Shown here one piece after another: positions 10,364 through 20,406 of a stretch of 64,000 nt of DNA. The stretch is taken from the NCBI GenBank assembly GCA_963700285.1, contig CAVOXA010000006.1:64001-128000 (forward strand), in the 5' to 3' direction. Source of the DNA: an uncultured Chloroflexia bacterium (GTDB lineage Bacteria > Chloroflexota > Anaerolineae > JAAYZQ01). Within the stretch, counting starts at the first letter, position 1. The number at the start of each line of letters is the position of its first letter. Below the pieces are notes generated by a model. It ran no database searches. It was not told where the DNA came from and worked only from the letters and a program-made list of their open reading frames with translations. Made by a program: the position numbers and the translations under genes.

Positions 10364-10392
10364 TTGACACGCCTGTTGTTTTGAGTTATATT
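10364..10392 (+). promoter_or_regulatory. Putative sigma70 promoter, near-leaderless transcript
   Basis: TTGACA-N17-TATATT, 10 nt upstream of the ATG at 10403. Confidence 0.5.
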
Positions 10393-10402
10393 GTAGCCAA
10401 CT

Positions 10403-10834
10403 ATGAAGAAAAGTAAAAAGGCACGCACACCTATCATCGAGTACGACGACTACCTGGCCATTGAACTCCCTGGCGAACGGCCGCCCCAGGAACGCGATCG
10501 CCTGACAGACCAGGCCATGGTCGTGGCCTACGACCGGGTCCGGCAGCAAGAAGCCAAGTGGCGCCTGCGCGCCCTGCACTTTGACCGCGAGGAGTGGACG
10601 CGTACCGGTATCCGCCGCTGGTGGGCAGTCCACGAGGTCTGGTTTCTCGCCGCGGACCAGTTGGATCAGCCGATCCCCGAGATCTGCCGCAGCTACGATG
10701 GGCCCCAGGGAAACCTGCCCACCATCTTTCTCTGTCACCGCAATACGCCCATGTTGCCAGCACGCCAGCAGATGAACGCCCTGCGCAAAAAGTCCAGTAG
10801 CGGCGCCCAGCACAACCCGCACAGCATGGGCTAG
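10403..10834 (+). CDS. Hypothetical protein
   Basis: 143-aa ORF with GC-typical codon usage directly after a promoter; no recognised motif. Confidence 0.55.
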   Translation: MKKSKKARTPIIEYDDYLAIELPGERPPQERDRLTDQAMVVAYDRVRQQEAKWRLRALHFDREEWTRTGIRRWWAVHEVWFLAADQLDQPIPEICRSYDGPQGNLPTIFLCHRNTPMLPARQQMNALRKKSSSGAQHNPHSMG

Positions 10835-10874
10835 CGGCTCTGGCCTTGGCTCCCAACCATCTGGCATTCAGCCC

Positions 10875-11586
10875 ATGAAACAAGCCATCGTTATCATCGG
10901 TGGATACAATTCCATCTGGACGGCCTATCTGAAAATGGCCCGTGAGCTAGAGGCCCTGACGGGGCTGCCCGCTGTCGCCGTACCCCTCATGCCCTGGCAC
11001 TGGTGGCGCGCAGAACGGGCCAAGCAGGCTACGATCATTCTTCAAAGGCTCGACCAGACCGTGGCCTGGGCCCACCGCCGGCACCAGGCGCGCCGCTACA
11101 TCCTGATCGGCCATAGCGCCGGAGGCCTGATCGCCCGGCTCTACCTGAGCGACATGCCGGTCTGGAACAGGGTCTACCGGGGAGTGGAGCAGGTCTCTAT
11201 GATTGTGACGCTGGGCAGCCCCCACTCTGATTCCGGGGGGCACAGAACTGGCTGGTACCTGGCAGAGGCGGCCAATGAGCTGGCGCCAGGCGTGCCCTAT
11301 GCCGATCGCGTGCGCTATCACACGGTTGCCGGCCGGAGTGTTCTCGGAGATCCATCGGGAACGTGGCGGGAGCGCCGGGCCTACCGCTCCTACGCCTTTT
11401 TCTGCGGGCAGGGGGATACCTGGGGGGACGGTACGGTACCGCTGGTTAGCGCCGGCCTGGCTGGGGCTGAAGGTCGTGACTCTGCCCCAGGTTTTCCACT
11501 CGCAGAAATACGGCTCTGCCTGGTACGGCTCATCGGGCGAGATTATCCGCCGCTGGTGGCCCGACGGGGTGAGCGATGGCCGCTGA
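10875..11586 (+). CDS. Alpha/beta hydrolase (esterase/lipase, PGAP1-like), frameshift near the 3' end
   Basis: LIGHSAGG nucleophile elbow, VTLGSPH, GDG.VP; the catalytic His region (VFHS...WYGS) is in the adjacent frame. Confidence 0.85.
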
Positions 11587-13782
11587 GATTGTGTCTGCGC
11601 CCTTCACCGGCAACCACACCATCTTTCTCTCCGGCCCGCCCGGCGCCGGCAAGACGACGCTGGCCGTGCAGCGCCTGCGCTACCTGCTGGCCCAGGGCAT
11701 CCCGGCCGAGCAGATCCTGATCCTGGTCCCGCAGCGCACGCTGGCCACGCCCTACTACGAGGCCCTGGCCAGCGCCGGACGCTCCGGCCGGCGGCACAGG
11801 TGGACGTGGCGACCGTGGGCGGCCTGGCCCGGCGCACCCTCGAACTGTTCTGGCCCCTGGTGGCCGGAACCGGCCGGCTTTGCCCAGCCCGACCACCCGC
11901 CCCGCTTCCTGACCCTGGAGACGGCCCAGTACTACATGGATCGCATCGTCGAGCCCTTTGTCAGCCGGCGGCGCCTTTGACGGCATCACCATCCCCCGCG
12001 CCCGGCTGGTGAGCCAGATCATCGACAACCTGAACAAGGCCGCCGCCGTCGGTTTTCCGCCGGACGAGATTGCCGCGCGGCTCAAGAGCGCCTGGAGCGG
12101 CGAATCGGCCCGGCTGCGCATCTACGACCAGGTCCAGGCCGTGGCCCTCGCCTTCCGCCGCACCTGCCTGGAAGAGAACCTGCTCGACTGGTCGCTCCAG
12201 ATCGAGGTCTTTTGGCAGCACCTGCTGCCCCTGCCCCAGTTCCGCCGCTACCTGCTGGGCGGCTACCGCCACCTGATCGTCGACAACACCGAGGAGGATA
12301 TCCCCGCCGCCCACGACCTGCTGCGGGTCTGGCTGCCGCTGTGCGAGTCGGCGCTGGTCGTCCACGACACCGACGGCGGCTACCGCGTCTTTCTCGGCGC
12401 CGACCCGACAGGGCGCCCTGGCCCTGGGCACGCGTCTGCCGCGAGCAGCGTCGTGCTGCCCAAATCGCACGTCACCACGCCGAGGTGGCGGCGCTGGGCC
12501 AGGGCTTGGCCGACGCCCTGGTACTCGGCCGGCGAGGCGCCCGGCCCTGCCGTCGCGCCAGCGCCATCGGAAGGGCGCGGATGCGGTCAAGGACCCCGGC
12601 CCGGAGGCGCGGCAGGCCCTGATCGCTTTCACCCACGTCGCTGCCGCTTCCACCCCCAGATGCTCGACTGGGTGGCCGAGCAAGTCTCGCGCCTGGTGCA
12701 TGGAGGAGGGCATGCCGCCGGGCGAGATTGCCATCCTGGCCCCTTTTCTCAGCGACGCCCTGCGTTTCTCTCTGACCGAAAAGCTGACCCGGCTACGACA
12801 TCCCCGTCCGCACCCACCGCCCCTCGCGCCAACTTGCGCGAGGAGCCGGCGGCCCGCTGCCTGCTGACCCTGGCCAAGCTGGCCCATCCCGCCTGGCGTC
12901 GCCCGCCGCCCGCCGCCGACGTGGCCCACGCCTTCGCTGCTGTCCATCGACCGACCTGGACCCGGTGCGCGCCCGCCTGCTGACCGACATCGTCTACCGG
13001 ATCCGCGACGGCCAGCCGGACCTTGACGCCCTTTTCACCAGATCGTGCCCGAGATGCAGGAGCGGATCAGCTACCTGTTGGGCGGACGTTACGACGAGTT
13101 GTGGCAATGGCTCCAGGGTTACGTCGAGAGCAAGCTGACGAGGCAGAACGGCCTGGACCACTTTCTGAGCCGGCTGTTTGGTGAGATCCTGTCGCAGCCC
13201 GGCTTTGGCTTCCACCGCGATTTCGACGCCGGGGCCGTCGGCCGCCAACCTCATCGAATCGATGCAGAAATTCCGCCAGGGCTGCTCGCCTCTCGCCCAG
13301 AGAGAGGGCCCGAAGGCGCGCAGGCGCAGGCGATTCAACCTGGGCCTGGAGTACGTCGACCTGGTCGAGCGCGGCGTCGTGGCCGCCCAGTACGTGTCGA
13401 GCTGGAGGATCCAGCCTCCGAGGATGCCGTGCTGCTGGTGCCGGCCTACACCTTCCTGATGATGAACCAGCCGGTCACGGTCCAGTTCTGGCTCGACGCC
13501 GGCAGCCGGGCCTGGTTCGAGCGCATCTACCAACCCCTGACCCATCCCTACGTCCTGCGCCGCGACTGGGACCCGAGGACGAGGTCTGGGCCGACGAGGA
13601 CGAGGTCCGCGTCCGCGACGAGGCCCTGGGCCGCCTGGTCCTGGGCCTGACCCGTCGCTGCCGCCAGCGCGTCTACCTGGCCTACAGCGAGCTGAACGAG
13701 CGGGGCTACGAGCAGCAGGGCCCGCTGCTGCAGGCCGTGCAGCGCCTGCTGCGGCAGCAGCCAGAGGGAGGCCGGCCAGTGA
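11576..13782 (+). CDS. SF1 helicase-like protein with degenerate Walker B (AddB/AdnA-like partner subunit), multiply frameshifted
   Basis: Walker A GPPGAGKT, ILILVPQR, LIVDNTEED in place of DExQD, C-terminal LTR.R..VYL.YSEL...G.EQ.GPL. Confidence 0.7.
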
Positions 13783-16072
13783 CCGACTTCCGGCCCCGCC
13801 CCGGCCAGCAAGAGGTCCTGGCCTATACCGGCGGCAAGATGGGCATCTCGGCCGTGCCGGGCAGCGGCAAGACCCACACCCTGGCCGAGCTGGCCGCCCA
13901 ACTCGTCGCCGACAGCCGTGGGCGACGACCAGGAGGTCCTGGTCGTCACCCTGGTCAACTCGGCGGTGGACAATTTTAAGCAGCGCATCAACGAGCTCGA
14001 TCCAGGCAGCGCGGGCTGCTGCCCAACTTTGGCTACCGGGTGCGCACCCTGCACGGCCTGGCCCACGACATCGTCCGCGAGCGGCCCGGCCTGGTGGGCC
14101 TGTCCGAGGATTTTGGCATCATCGACGAGCGCGAGGCCGACGCCGTGCGCGAGGACGCCGTGCGAAGCCTGGCTCCGCGCCCATCCCGACGCCGCCGAGG
14201 CCTATCTCGCCCTGCGACCTGGAAGGCGAACCGCGCCGAGTGGGTCAAGCGCAGCCCGCTGGCCCTCCCTGGTCCGCAGCGTGGCCGCGGCCTTTATCAA
14301 GCGGGCCAAGGATCTGCAGCTCGCGCCCGAGGTGCTGCTGGAGCGCTTGCGCCTGCGCGACGAGCAGTCGCCGCGAGCCGGTGGGCCTGCCCGCCCTGCC
14401 CCTGGCCCGCATGGGCGCCGAGATCTATGCCGACTACCAGCGCAGCCTGGCCTACCGCGGCGTCGTCGACTTTGACGACCTGATCCGCCTGGCCCTGGAA
14501 GCCCTGCGCCGCGACGAGGACTACTTGGCGCGCCTGCGGCAGCGCTGGCCCTACGTGCTGGAGGACGAGGCCCAGGATTCCAGCGAGCTGCAGGAAAAGA
14601 TCCTGCGCCTGCTGGTCGGGCGAGGGCGGCAACTGGGTCCGCGTCGGCGACCCCAACCAGGCCATCTATGACACCTTTACCAACGCCAATCCCCGCTTCC
14701 TGCGCAACTTTCTGGAAGAAGCCGGCGTGCAGGCCGTCACCCTGCCCGAATCGGGGCGCTCCCAGCCGGCCATCATCGAGCTGGCCAACTACCTGGTGGA
14801 TTGGACCGTGGCCGAGCATCCCACGCCCGCGGCCCGCGGCGCCTTTCTGCCGCCAGCACATCGAGCCCACCGGCCCCGGCGACCCCCAGCCCAACCCGCC
14901 CGCCGAGCCGGCTGCCGTACACCTGGCCGACCGGGAGTTCACCCCCGAGCAGGAACTTGCAGGCCGTGGCCGACTCGCTGGCACGCTGGCTGCCCGACCA
15001 TCCCGATGCCAACGTGGCCGTACTGGCCCCCGCAACGAGCGCGGCTTTGAGTTGATCGAGCCTGCTCAAGCAGCGGGACATCCCCTACGTCGAACTGCTG
15101 CGCTCGACCAGCATCACCCGCCAGACGGCCGGCGCCCTGGGCAACCTGCTGCGCTGCCTGGCCGACCCGACCTCGGCCCGCAAGCTGTCGGTCGCCTTCC
15201 AGGTCTGGCGCCGCGACGACCGGGATGACCCCGAGGCCAAGGCCCTGATCGAAGCCGGCAGCCAAGCGGATCCGCGGCTGCCCGGCCGTCGAGGCCTACC
15301 TCTGGCCCCGGGCCGACCACGACTGGCTGGCGCCGCTCGAGTGCGCCGAGCTGCCGGGCGAGGAGCTGCGCCCTGCTGGTCGGTTTCCGCGAGGTGGCCC
15401 GGCGCTGGCACCGCGCCGCCATGCTGCCCATCGACCAACTCATCCTCACCCTGGCCAACGACCTGTTCCGGAACCGGCGGAGCTGGCCCTGGCCCACAAG
15501 CTGGCCGTGCTGCTGCGCGACGTCGCCGCGGCGCACCCCACCTACCGCCTGGCCGAGTTGGTGGAGGAACTGGCCGTCATCGCCCGCAACGAGCGGCGCT
15601 TCCTGGGCTTTTCCAGCGAGGACACCGGCTTTGAGCCGCCCACAGGCAAGGTCACCGTGGCGACCATGCACAAGGCCAAGGGGCTGGAGTGGGACCGCGT
15701 CTACCTGACTGTCGGTCAACAACTATGACTTTCCCTCGGGCCAGTCCCACGACACCTACATCGCCGAGCGCTGGTTCGTGCGCGACAGCCTGAACCTGGA
15801 GGCGGAGGCCCTGGCCCAACTGGAGGTACTGGCACGAAGCTCCCACGGGTGGTACTAGGTACGTTGAGGGTGAAGCCACCCGGGAGGCCCGCCTGGGCTA
15901 TGTGGCCGAGCGGCTGCGCCTGCTTTACGTGGGCATCACCCGGGCCAGGCGGGATCTGATCGTCACCTGGAACACGGGGCGCGGCCGGGTAAAGCGCCAG
16001 CCGTCGGCGCCCTTTGTCGCCCTCCATCAATACTGGCGCGAGGCGACGGGCCAGGACCCGGAGAGCGAATAG
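13779..16072 (+). CDS. UvrD/PcrA-like ATP-dependent SF1A DNA helicase, multiply frameshifted
   Basis: [57 protein letters not shown]. Confidence 0.9.
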
Positions 16073-16081
16073 GAGCCGAGG

Positions 16082-16905
16082 ATGTCACTGCCCGCTACGT
16101 TCCAGTTCAGCCAGGCAAAGCTGCAAGATTATGTCGACTGTCCGCGCCGCTTCCAACTGCGCCACGTGCTGATGCAGCCCTGGCCGGCGCTCATCGTCGA
16201 GCCGCCGGAGGAGGCGGAGCGGCACCGGGACCGCGGCCGCGATTTTCACCTGCTGGCCCACCAGTACACCCTGGGCCTCGACCCCCAGGAGCTGGAGGCG
16301 ACCATGGACGACCCGGTCCTGCTCCAGTGGTGGCAGACCTTCCTGGCCAACCCGCCGGCGGATCTGCCCGAGGCACTGCGCCGCTCGGAAGTGGTCCTCA
16401 CCGCCCCGCTGGGCAACTACCGGCTCGTCGCCAAGCTGGACCTGCTGGCCGTCGAGCCGGGCCAGCGCTTTCTGATCGTCGACTGGAAGACGGTGGCCAG
16501 AGTGCCGAGCGCGCCACCCTGGCCCGGCGGCTCCAGACCCGCGTCTATCGCTACCTGGCCGTCGAGGCGGGGGCAGCCTTCAACGAGGGGCGCAACCCGG
16601 ACCCGGAGAAGGTGGAGATGGTCTACTGGTTCGCCGAGGCCGGCGGCGAGTGCCAGCGCTTCCTCTACGACGCCGCCCAGCACGGGGCCGATGGCCAGTA
16701 CCTGGCCGGGCTCGTCCAGGGGATCGAGGCCCGCGACGAGGAACCCTGGCCCCTGACGCTGGATGATCGCTCCTGCCGCTTTTGCAACTACCGCTCCCTC
16801 TGCGACCGCGGCGTGGTGCCTGGCTTTCTGGAGGATCTGGCCGACGATCTGGAGCCGGACGAGGTAGAGATCGACCTGGAACAGATCGCCGAAATTGAGT
16901 TTTGA
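16082..16905 (+). CDS. Stand-alone PD-(D/E)XK (RecB/AddB/Cas4-like) nuclease with 4-Cys Fe-S motif; one frameshift near 16500
   Basis: FSQ..LQDY.DCPRRF, G..FH, KLDLL, IVDWKT, Q...Y, C-terminal CRFCNYRSLC. Confidence 0.85.
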
Positions 16906-16965
16906 TGCCACTTTGGCGTATAGTGGCTGTATCCACACCTCCTCAGGGCAATCGCATCTAAATCC

Positions 16966-17080
16966 TGTCATTGCGAGGGAACCGAAGCAATCTTCCCTTG
17001 AAAACGTAGAGATCGCTTTCCTGTCGCTTTGCTCAGGACAGGCTGTCGCTCGCAAGAGGCGCTCGCTTCTCGCGATGACA
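16966..17080. repeat. REP-like palindromic element, family B
   Basis: TGTCATTGCGAG...GAAGCAATCT...GAGATCGCTT...CTCGCGATGACA with inverted ends. Confidence 0.75.
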
Positions 17081-17161
17081 GGTGGCAAGTTCAGTGATTA
17101 TCACGCCTTTTCAGGTGCCTCAATTAAGATGCGATTGCCCTGCATACCTCCTGGGAATGTG

Positions 17162-17190
17162 TTGACACTGATGTGGGCCGGTGGTATAAT
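17162..17190 (+). promoter_or_regulatory. Consensus sigma70 promoter upstream of hicBA-recJ
   Basis: TTGACA-N17-TATAAT with TG extension. Confidence 0.8.
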
Positions 17191-17278
17191 CAGGCATAGG
17201 CTAGATGGCCTGCGTCGTATACGGTAGCGCGGACCGTCCCGCACATGCTGGTACAGGCTCGTCCAGGAGGTAGCCCAT

Positions 17279-17521
17279 ATGCACAAGAATTTTAAGATCA
17301 TCGTGGAAAAGCACGCTGATGGCTACATAGCCTATCCCCTCGGGATCATGGGCGTTGTCGTGGGCGAGGGTGATACGTACGAAGAAGCCCTGGCTGACGT
17401 GAAATCTGCGATCAAGTTCCACATCGAAACATTTGGGCCAGAGATACTCCAGGTTGATCCACCTGTCTTGGAGGCATTTGTGGCAGAGGCCGGGGTGGCG
17501 TATGCAGGAACTGCGGCCTGA
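17279..17521 (+). CDS. hicB: HicB-family antitoxin (short, no DNA-binding domain)
   Basis: IIVEK..DGY.A......V..GDTYEEALADVKSAI.FH.E; 80 aa. Confidence 0.85.
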   Translation: MHKNFKIIVEKHADGYIAYPLGIMGVVVGEGDTYEEALADVKSAIKFHIETFGPEILQVDPPVLEAFVAEAGVAYAGTAA

Positions 17522-17760
17522 TGTCCAGGTTTCCCGTTGATGCCCCCAAGCATCGGGTTGTCAGAGCATTCGAAAGCCTGGGCTTCCAAGTGGTTCGTGA
17601 AGGCAACCACATCGCCATGAGACGTGAGAACCCGGACGGAACAGAAACTCCTCTCACGATGCCCAACCATCGACGGATAAAAGGAGCAACACTGCGGGCG
17701 ATTTGCACGCGGGCCGGGATCGGTAGAGAGGATTTCTTGAGGGCCTATGATCTGACCTGA
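17521..17760 (+). CDS. hicA: HicA-family mRNA interferase toxin
   Basis: LGF...REGNHI.M....PLT.PNH..IKG.TL.AI; TGATG overlap with hicB. Confidence 0.85.
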   Translation: MSRFPVDAPKHRVVRAFESLGFQVVREGNHIAMRRENPDGTETPLTMPNHRRIKGATLRAICTRAGIGREDFLRAYDLT

Positions 17761-17786
17761 GGTGTCTCTATGCCCTTCAGCCCAAC

Positions 17787-20117
17787 ATGGTAGACCAACT
17801 CCGGACTCGGTGGCTCGATCCCCCAACCGTCGACGTGCCTGAAAGCCTGCGTGACGCCGTAGGCGGAATTCCGCTGGTGGCCGAGACGCTGGCCCGTCGC
17901 GGCCTCCTCACCCCTGAGGCAGCCCGGGCCTTCCTCGACCCGGCCTTCTACACGCCCGCCGATCCTGCCGACCTGCCCGATCTGGCCCTAGCCGTCGGGC
18001 ACTTGCGGGAGGCTGCCCGCAAGGGCGACCGCATCGCCATCTGGGGCGACTTTGACGCCGACGGCCAGACGGCGACGGCCCTGTTGTGGGAGACGCTGCT
18101 GGCCCTGGGCGCGGATGCCGTCTACCGCGTGCCGACCCGTCAGGAGGGGCACGGCCTGCACAGCGAGGGCCTGGAGCGGCTGATCGAGGAGGGCGCCCGC
18201 CTGATCCTGACCTGCGATACGGGCGTCACGGCCCACGATGCCATCGTCCATGCCCGCCGGCTGGGGGGCGAGGTGATTGTCACCGACCATCACGTGCCCG
18301 GCGAATCGCTGCCCGCGGCCCTGGCCGTCGTCAACCCCCACCGCCTGCCGCCCGGCCACCCTTTGGGTACGCTTCCCGGCGTGGGCGTGGCCTACCAGGT
18401 GGCCAGGGTCCTGGACACGGAGACAGCCGAGCGGGGGCTAGACTTGGTCGCCCTGGGAACCGTGGCCGACGTGGCGACGCTTACGGGCGACACCCGCTAC
18501 CTGGTCCAGCGCGGCATCGAGGCACTGCGGCAGACGCAGCGGCCCGGGCTGCAGGCCATCTACGAGGCCGCCGGCCTTCGAGCCGAGGGGATCACCGAGG
18601 AACATGTCGGCTTTGTGCTGGGTCCGCGCCTCAACGCGCTGGGCCGCCTGGCCGACGCCTCGCTCGGCGTGGAACTGCTGACCACAAAAGATCTGCTCCG
18701 CGCCCGGCTGCTGGCCACCGAAGTGGAGGGCCTGAATGCCCAGCGGCAGTGGCTGACCAAGCAGGTGACCGATGCCGCTCTGGCCCAGATCGAGCGTGAG
18801 CCGCGGCTGTTGAACGACTACCAGGCCCTGGTGCTCAGCCACCCTGCCTGGCCCGGTGGCATCATTGGTATCGTGGCCGGACGGCTGGCCGAGCGCTTTG
18901 GCAAGCCCGCTGTCCTCTTTTCCGAACCGCCTGGGGAAATCGCCCGGGGCTCGGGGCGCTCCATTCCCGGTTTGGACCTCATCGCGGCCATCACCGACTG
19001 CCAGGATCTGCTGCTGAGCTATGGCGGCCACGCCGGGGCGGCAGGGTGCAGCCTGGGGGCGGACCGGATCCCCGAGTTTCGCACCGCGCTTTCGCGGGCT
19101 GTCGGGGCGCGCATGGAAGGGGTCTCCGAACCGGCGCTCCTCATCGACGCCTACGTCGAATTGCCCGACCTGTCCCTGGAGCTGGTGGCCGAGATCAACC
19201 GCCTGGCGCCCTTTGGCGCGGGCAACCCGCCCCTGAACCTGGTCGCGCGCGACCTGGAAGTGCTGAGCCAGGCCACCATCGGGCGCAGAGACGAGCACCG
19301 CCGCGTCACGGTGCAGGACTCGCACGACCGTACGCAGACGGTCTTTTGGTGGCAGGGTGTGGACTGGCCACTGCCGCAGGGCCGTTTCGACCTGGCGCTC
19401 ACGCTTCGGGCCAACGATTATCGCGGCGCGGCCGAGGTTCAGGTCGAATGGTTGGCTGCCCGCGAGCTGGAAACGGCCCCCGTTGAGGTGAGGGCCACCA
19501 TCCCCGTGCGCGACCACCGCGACGCCACAGACCCGCTAGGGCTGCTGCGCGAGTTGGCAGCCGAGGGCGATCTCCAGGTATGGGCTGAGGACCTGCCCCC
19601 GGTGCGAGCCGGGGGTCAAAGTACGGCCGGCATCGACTCTCGGAGACGCCACGAGCTGGAGCCCGGGCCGCGGCTGGCCATCTGGACTGCGCCGCCGGGG
19701 CCCGGCGTATTGCGTGTCGCGCTGGAACGCGCCAGGCCGCAGGAGATCATCCTCTTTGCCCGTGATCCGCACCTGGACGAGGTACCGCTATTCCTGGAGA
19801 GGCTGGGCGGGCTGGTCAACTATTCGCTGGCTAGGCTTGGTGGGGAGATGGATCTGCAACGCGCGGCGGGGGCCACGGCGCAGAGGGTCAGCGCAGTGCA
19901 GGCGGGCCTGGAGCTGCTGGCCGCCCAGGGAAAGGTGGCTATCGTGGGCAGGGGCGAGGATGCCTGGCGGCTGGGCCCAGCCAGAACGGGGGACCTGGGT
20001 AGCTTGCAGGAGTCTGTACCGATTGCCCGGGCCCGTCTGGAGCGGGTATTGGACGAGACCGCTGCCTACCGTAGACACTTTCGGACCGCACCAGCAGAAT
20101 CGCTGGCCAGGCGCTGA
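17787..20117 (+). CDS. recJ: Single-stranded-DNA-specific exonuclease RecJ with C-terminal extension
   Basis: GDFDADG, TCDTG, TDHH, LGTVAD, PRLNA.GRL, GSGRS, GGH..AAG, PFG.GNP. Confidence 0.95.
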   Translation: MVDQLRTRWLDPPTVDVPESLRDAVGGIPLVAETLARRGLLTPEAARAFLDPAFYTPADPADLPDLALAVGHLREAARKGDRIAIWGDFDADGQTATALLWETLLALGADAVYRVPTRQEGHGLHSEGLERLIEEGARLILTCDTGVTAHDAIVHARRLGGEVIVTDHHVPGESLPAALAVVNPHRLPPGHPLGTLPGVGVAYQVARVLDTETAERGLDLVALGTVADVATLTGDTRYLVQRGIEALRQTQRPGLQAIYEAAGLRAEGITEEHVGFVLGPRLNALGRLADASLGVELLTTKDLLRARLLATEVEGLNAQRQWLTKQVTDAALAQIEREPRLLNDYQALVLSHPAWPGGIIGIVAGRLAERFGKPAVLFSEPPGEIARGSGRSIPGLDLIAAITDCQDLLLSYGGHAGAAGCSLGADRIPEFRTALSRAVGARMEGVSEPALLIDAYVELPDLSLELVAEINRLAPFGAGNPPLNLVARDLEVLSQATIGRRDEHRRVTVQDSHDRTQTVFWWQGVDWPLPQGRFDLALTLRANDYRGAAEVQVEWLAARELETAPVEVRATIPVRDHRDATDPLGLLRELAAEGDLQVWAEDLPPVRAGGQSTAGIDSRRRHELEPGPRLAIWTAPPGPGVLRVALERARPQEIILFARDPHLDEVPLFLERLGGLVNYSLARLGGEMDLQRAAGATAQRVSAVQAGLELLAAQGKVAIVGRGEDAWRLGPARTGDLGSLQESVPIARARLERVLDETAAYRRHFRTAPAESLARR

Positions 20118-20346
20118 AGCGCCTACTACGAACGGTTCGCGCTCCCAGGTACTTGCGCGTTCGTCTGCTTCGGACCGCACCAGCAGAATCGCTGGCCAGG
20201 CGCTGAAGCGCCTACTACGAACGGTTCGCGCTCCCAGGTACTTGCGCGTTCGTCTGCTTCGGACCGCACCAGCAGAATCGCTGGCCAGGCGCTGAAGCGC
20301 CTACTACGAACGGTTCGCGCTCCCAGGTACTTTCGCGTTCGTCTGC
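20080..20346 (+). repeat. Tandem repeat, 3 x 89 bp (recJ 3' end plus GTAG-type REP hairpin)
   Basis: TCGGACCGCA recurs at 20081, 20170 and 20259; each unit contains AGGCGCT-GA-AGCGCCT-ACTACGAAC. Confidence 0.95.
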
Positions 20347-20381
20347 AAAACTGCAAAAGTGCCGGCCACAGCCGAGGGCCT

Positions 20382-20406
20382 GTTCGTAGTGCGCGCTTCA
20401 GCGCGC
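20382..20406. repeat. Inverted GTAG-type REP copy overlapping the ackA stop codon
   Basis: GTTCGTAGTGCGCGCTTCAGCGCGC on the plus strand. Confidence 0.8.

Noticed and set aside
6984-16905. Programmed frameshifting, recoding or true pseudogenes
   Set aside because: Indels are numerous, scattered, not at recognisable slippery sites and confined to one interval; sequencing error is the simpler explanation.
18438-19517. Long antisense and alternate-frame ORFs (also 3352-4497, 30667-31809, 46371-47627, 51952-52950, 58630-59808)
   Set aside because: Shadow ORFs expected in high-GC DNA opposite well-supported genes; no motifs or RBS.
20080-20346. CRISPR array associated with the Cas4-like nuclease at 16082
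   Set aside because: Three identical 89-bp units with no unique spacers; the nuclease sits in a helicase/recJ repair context with no cas1 or cas2.
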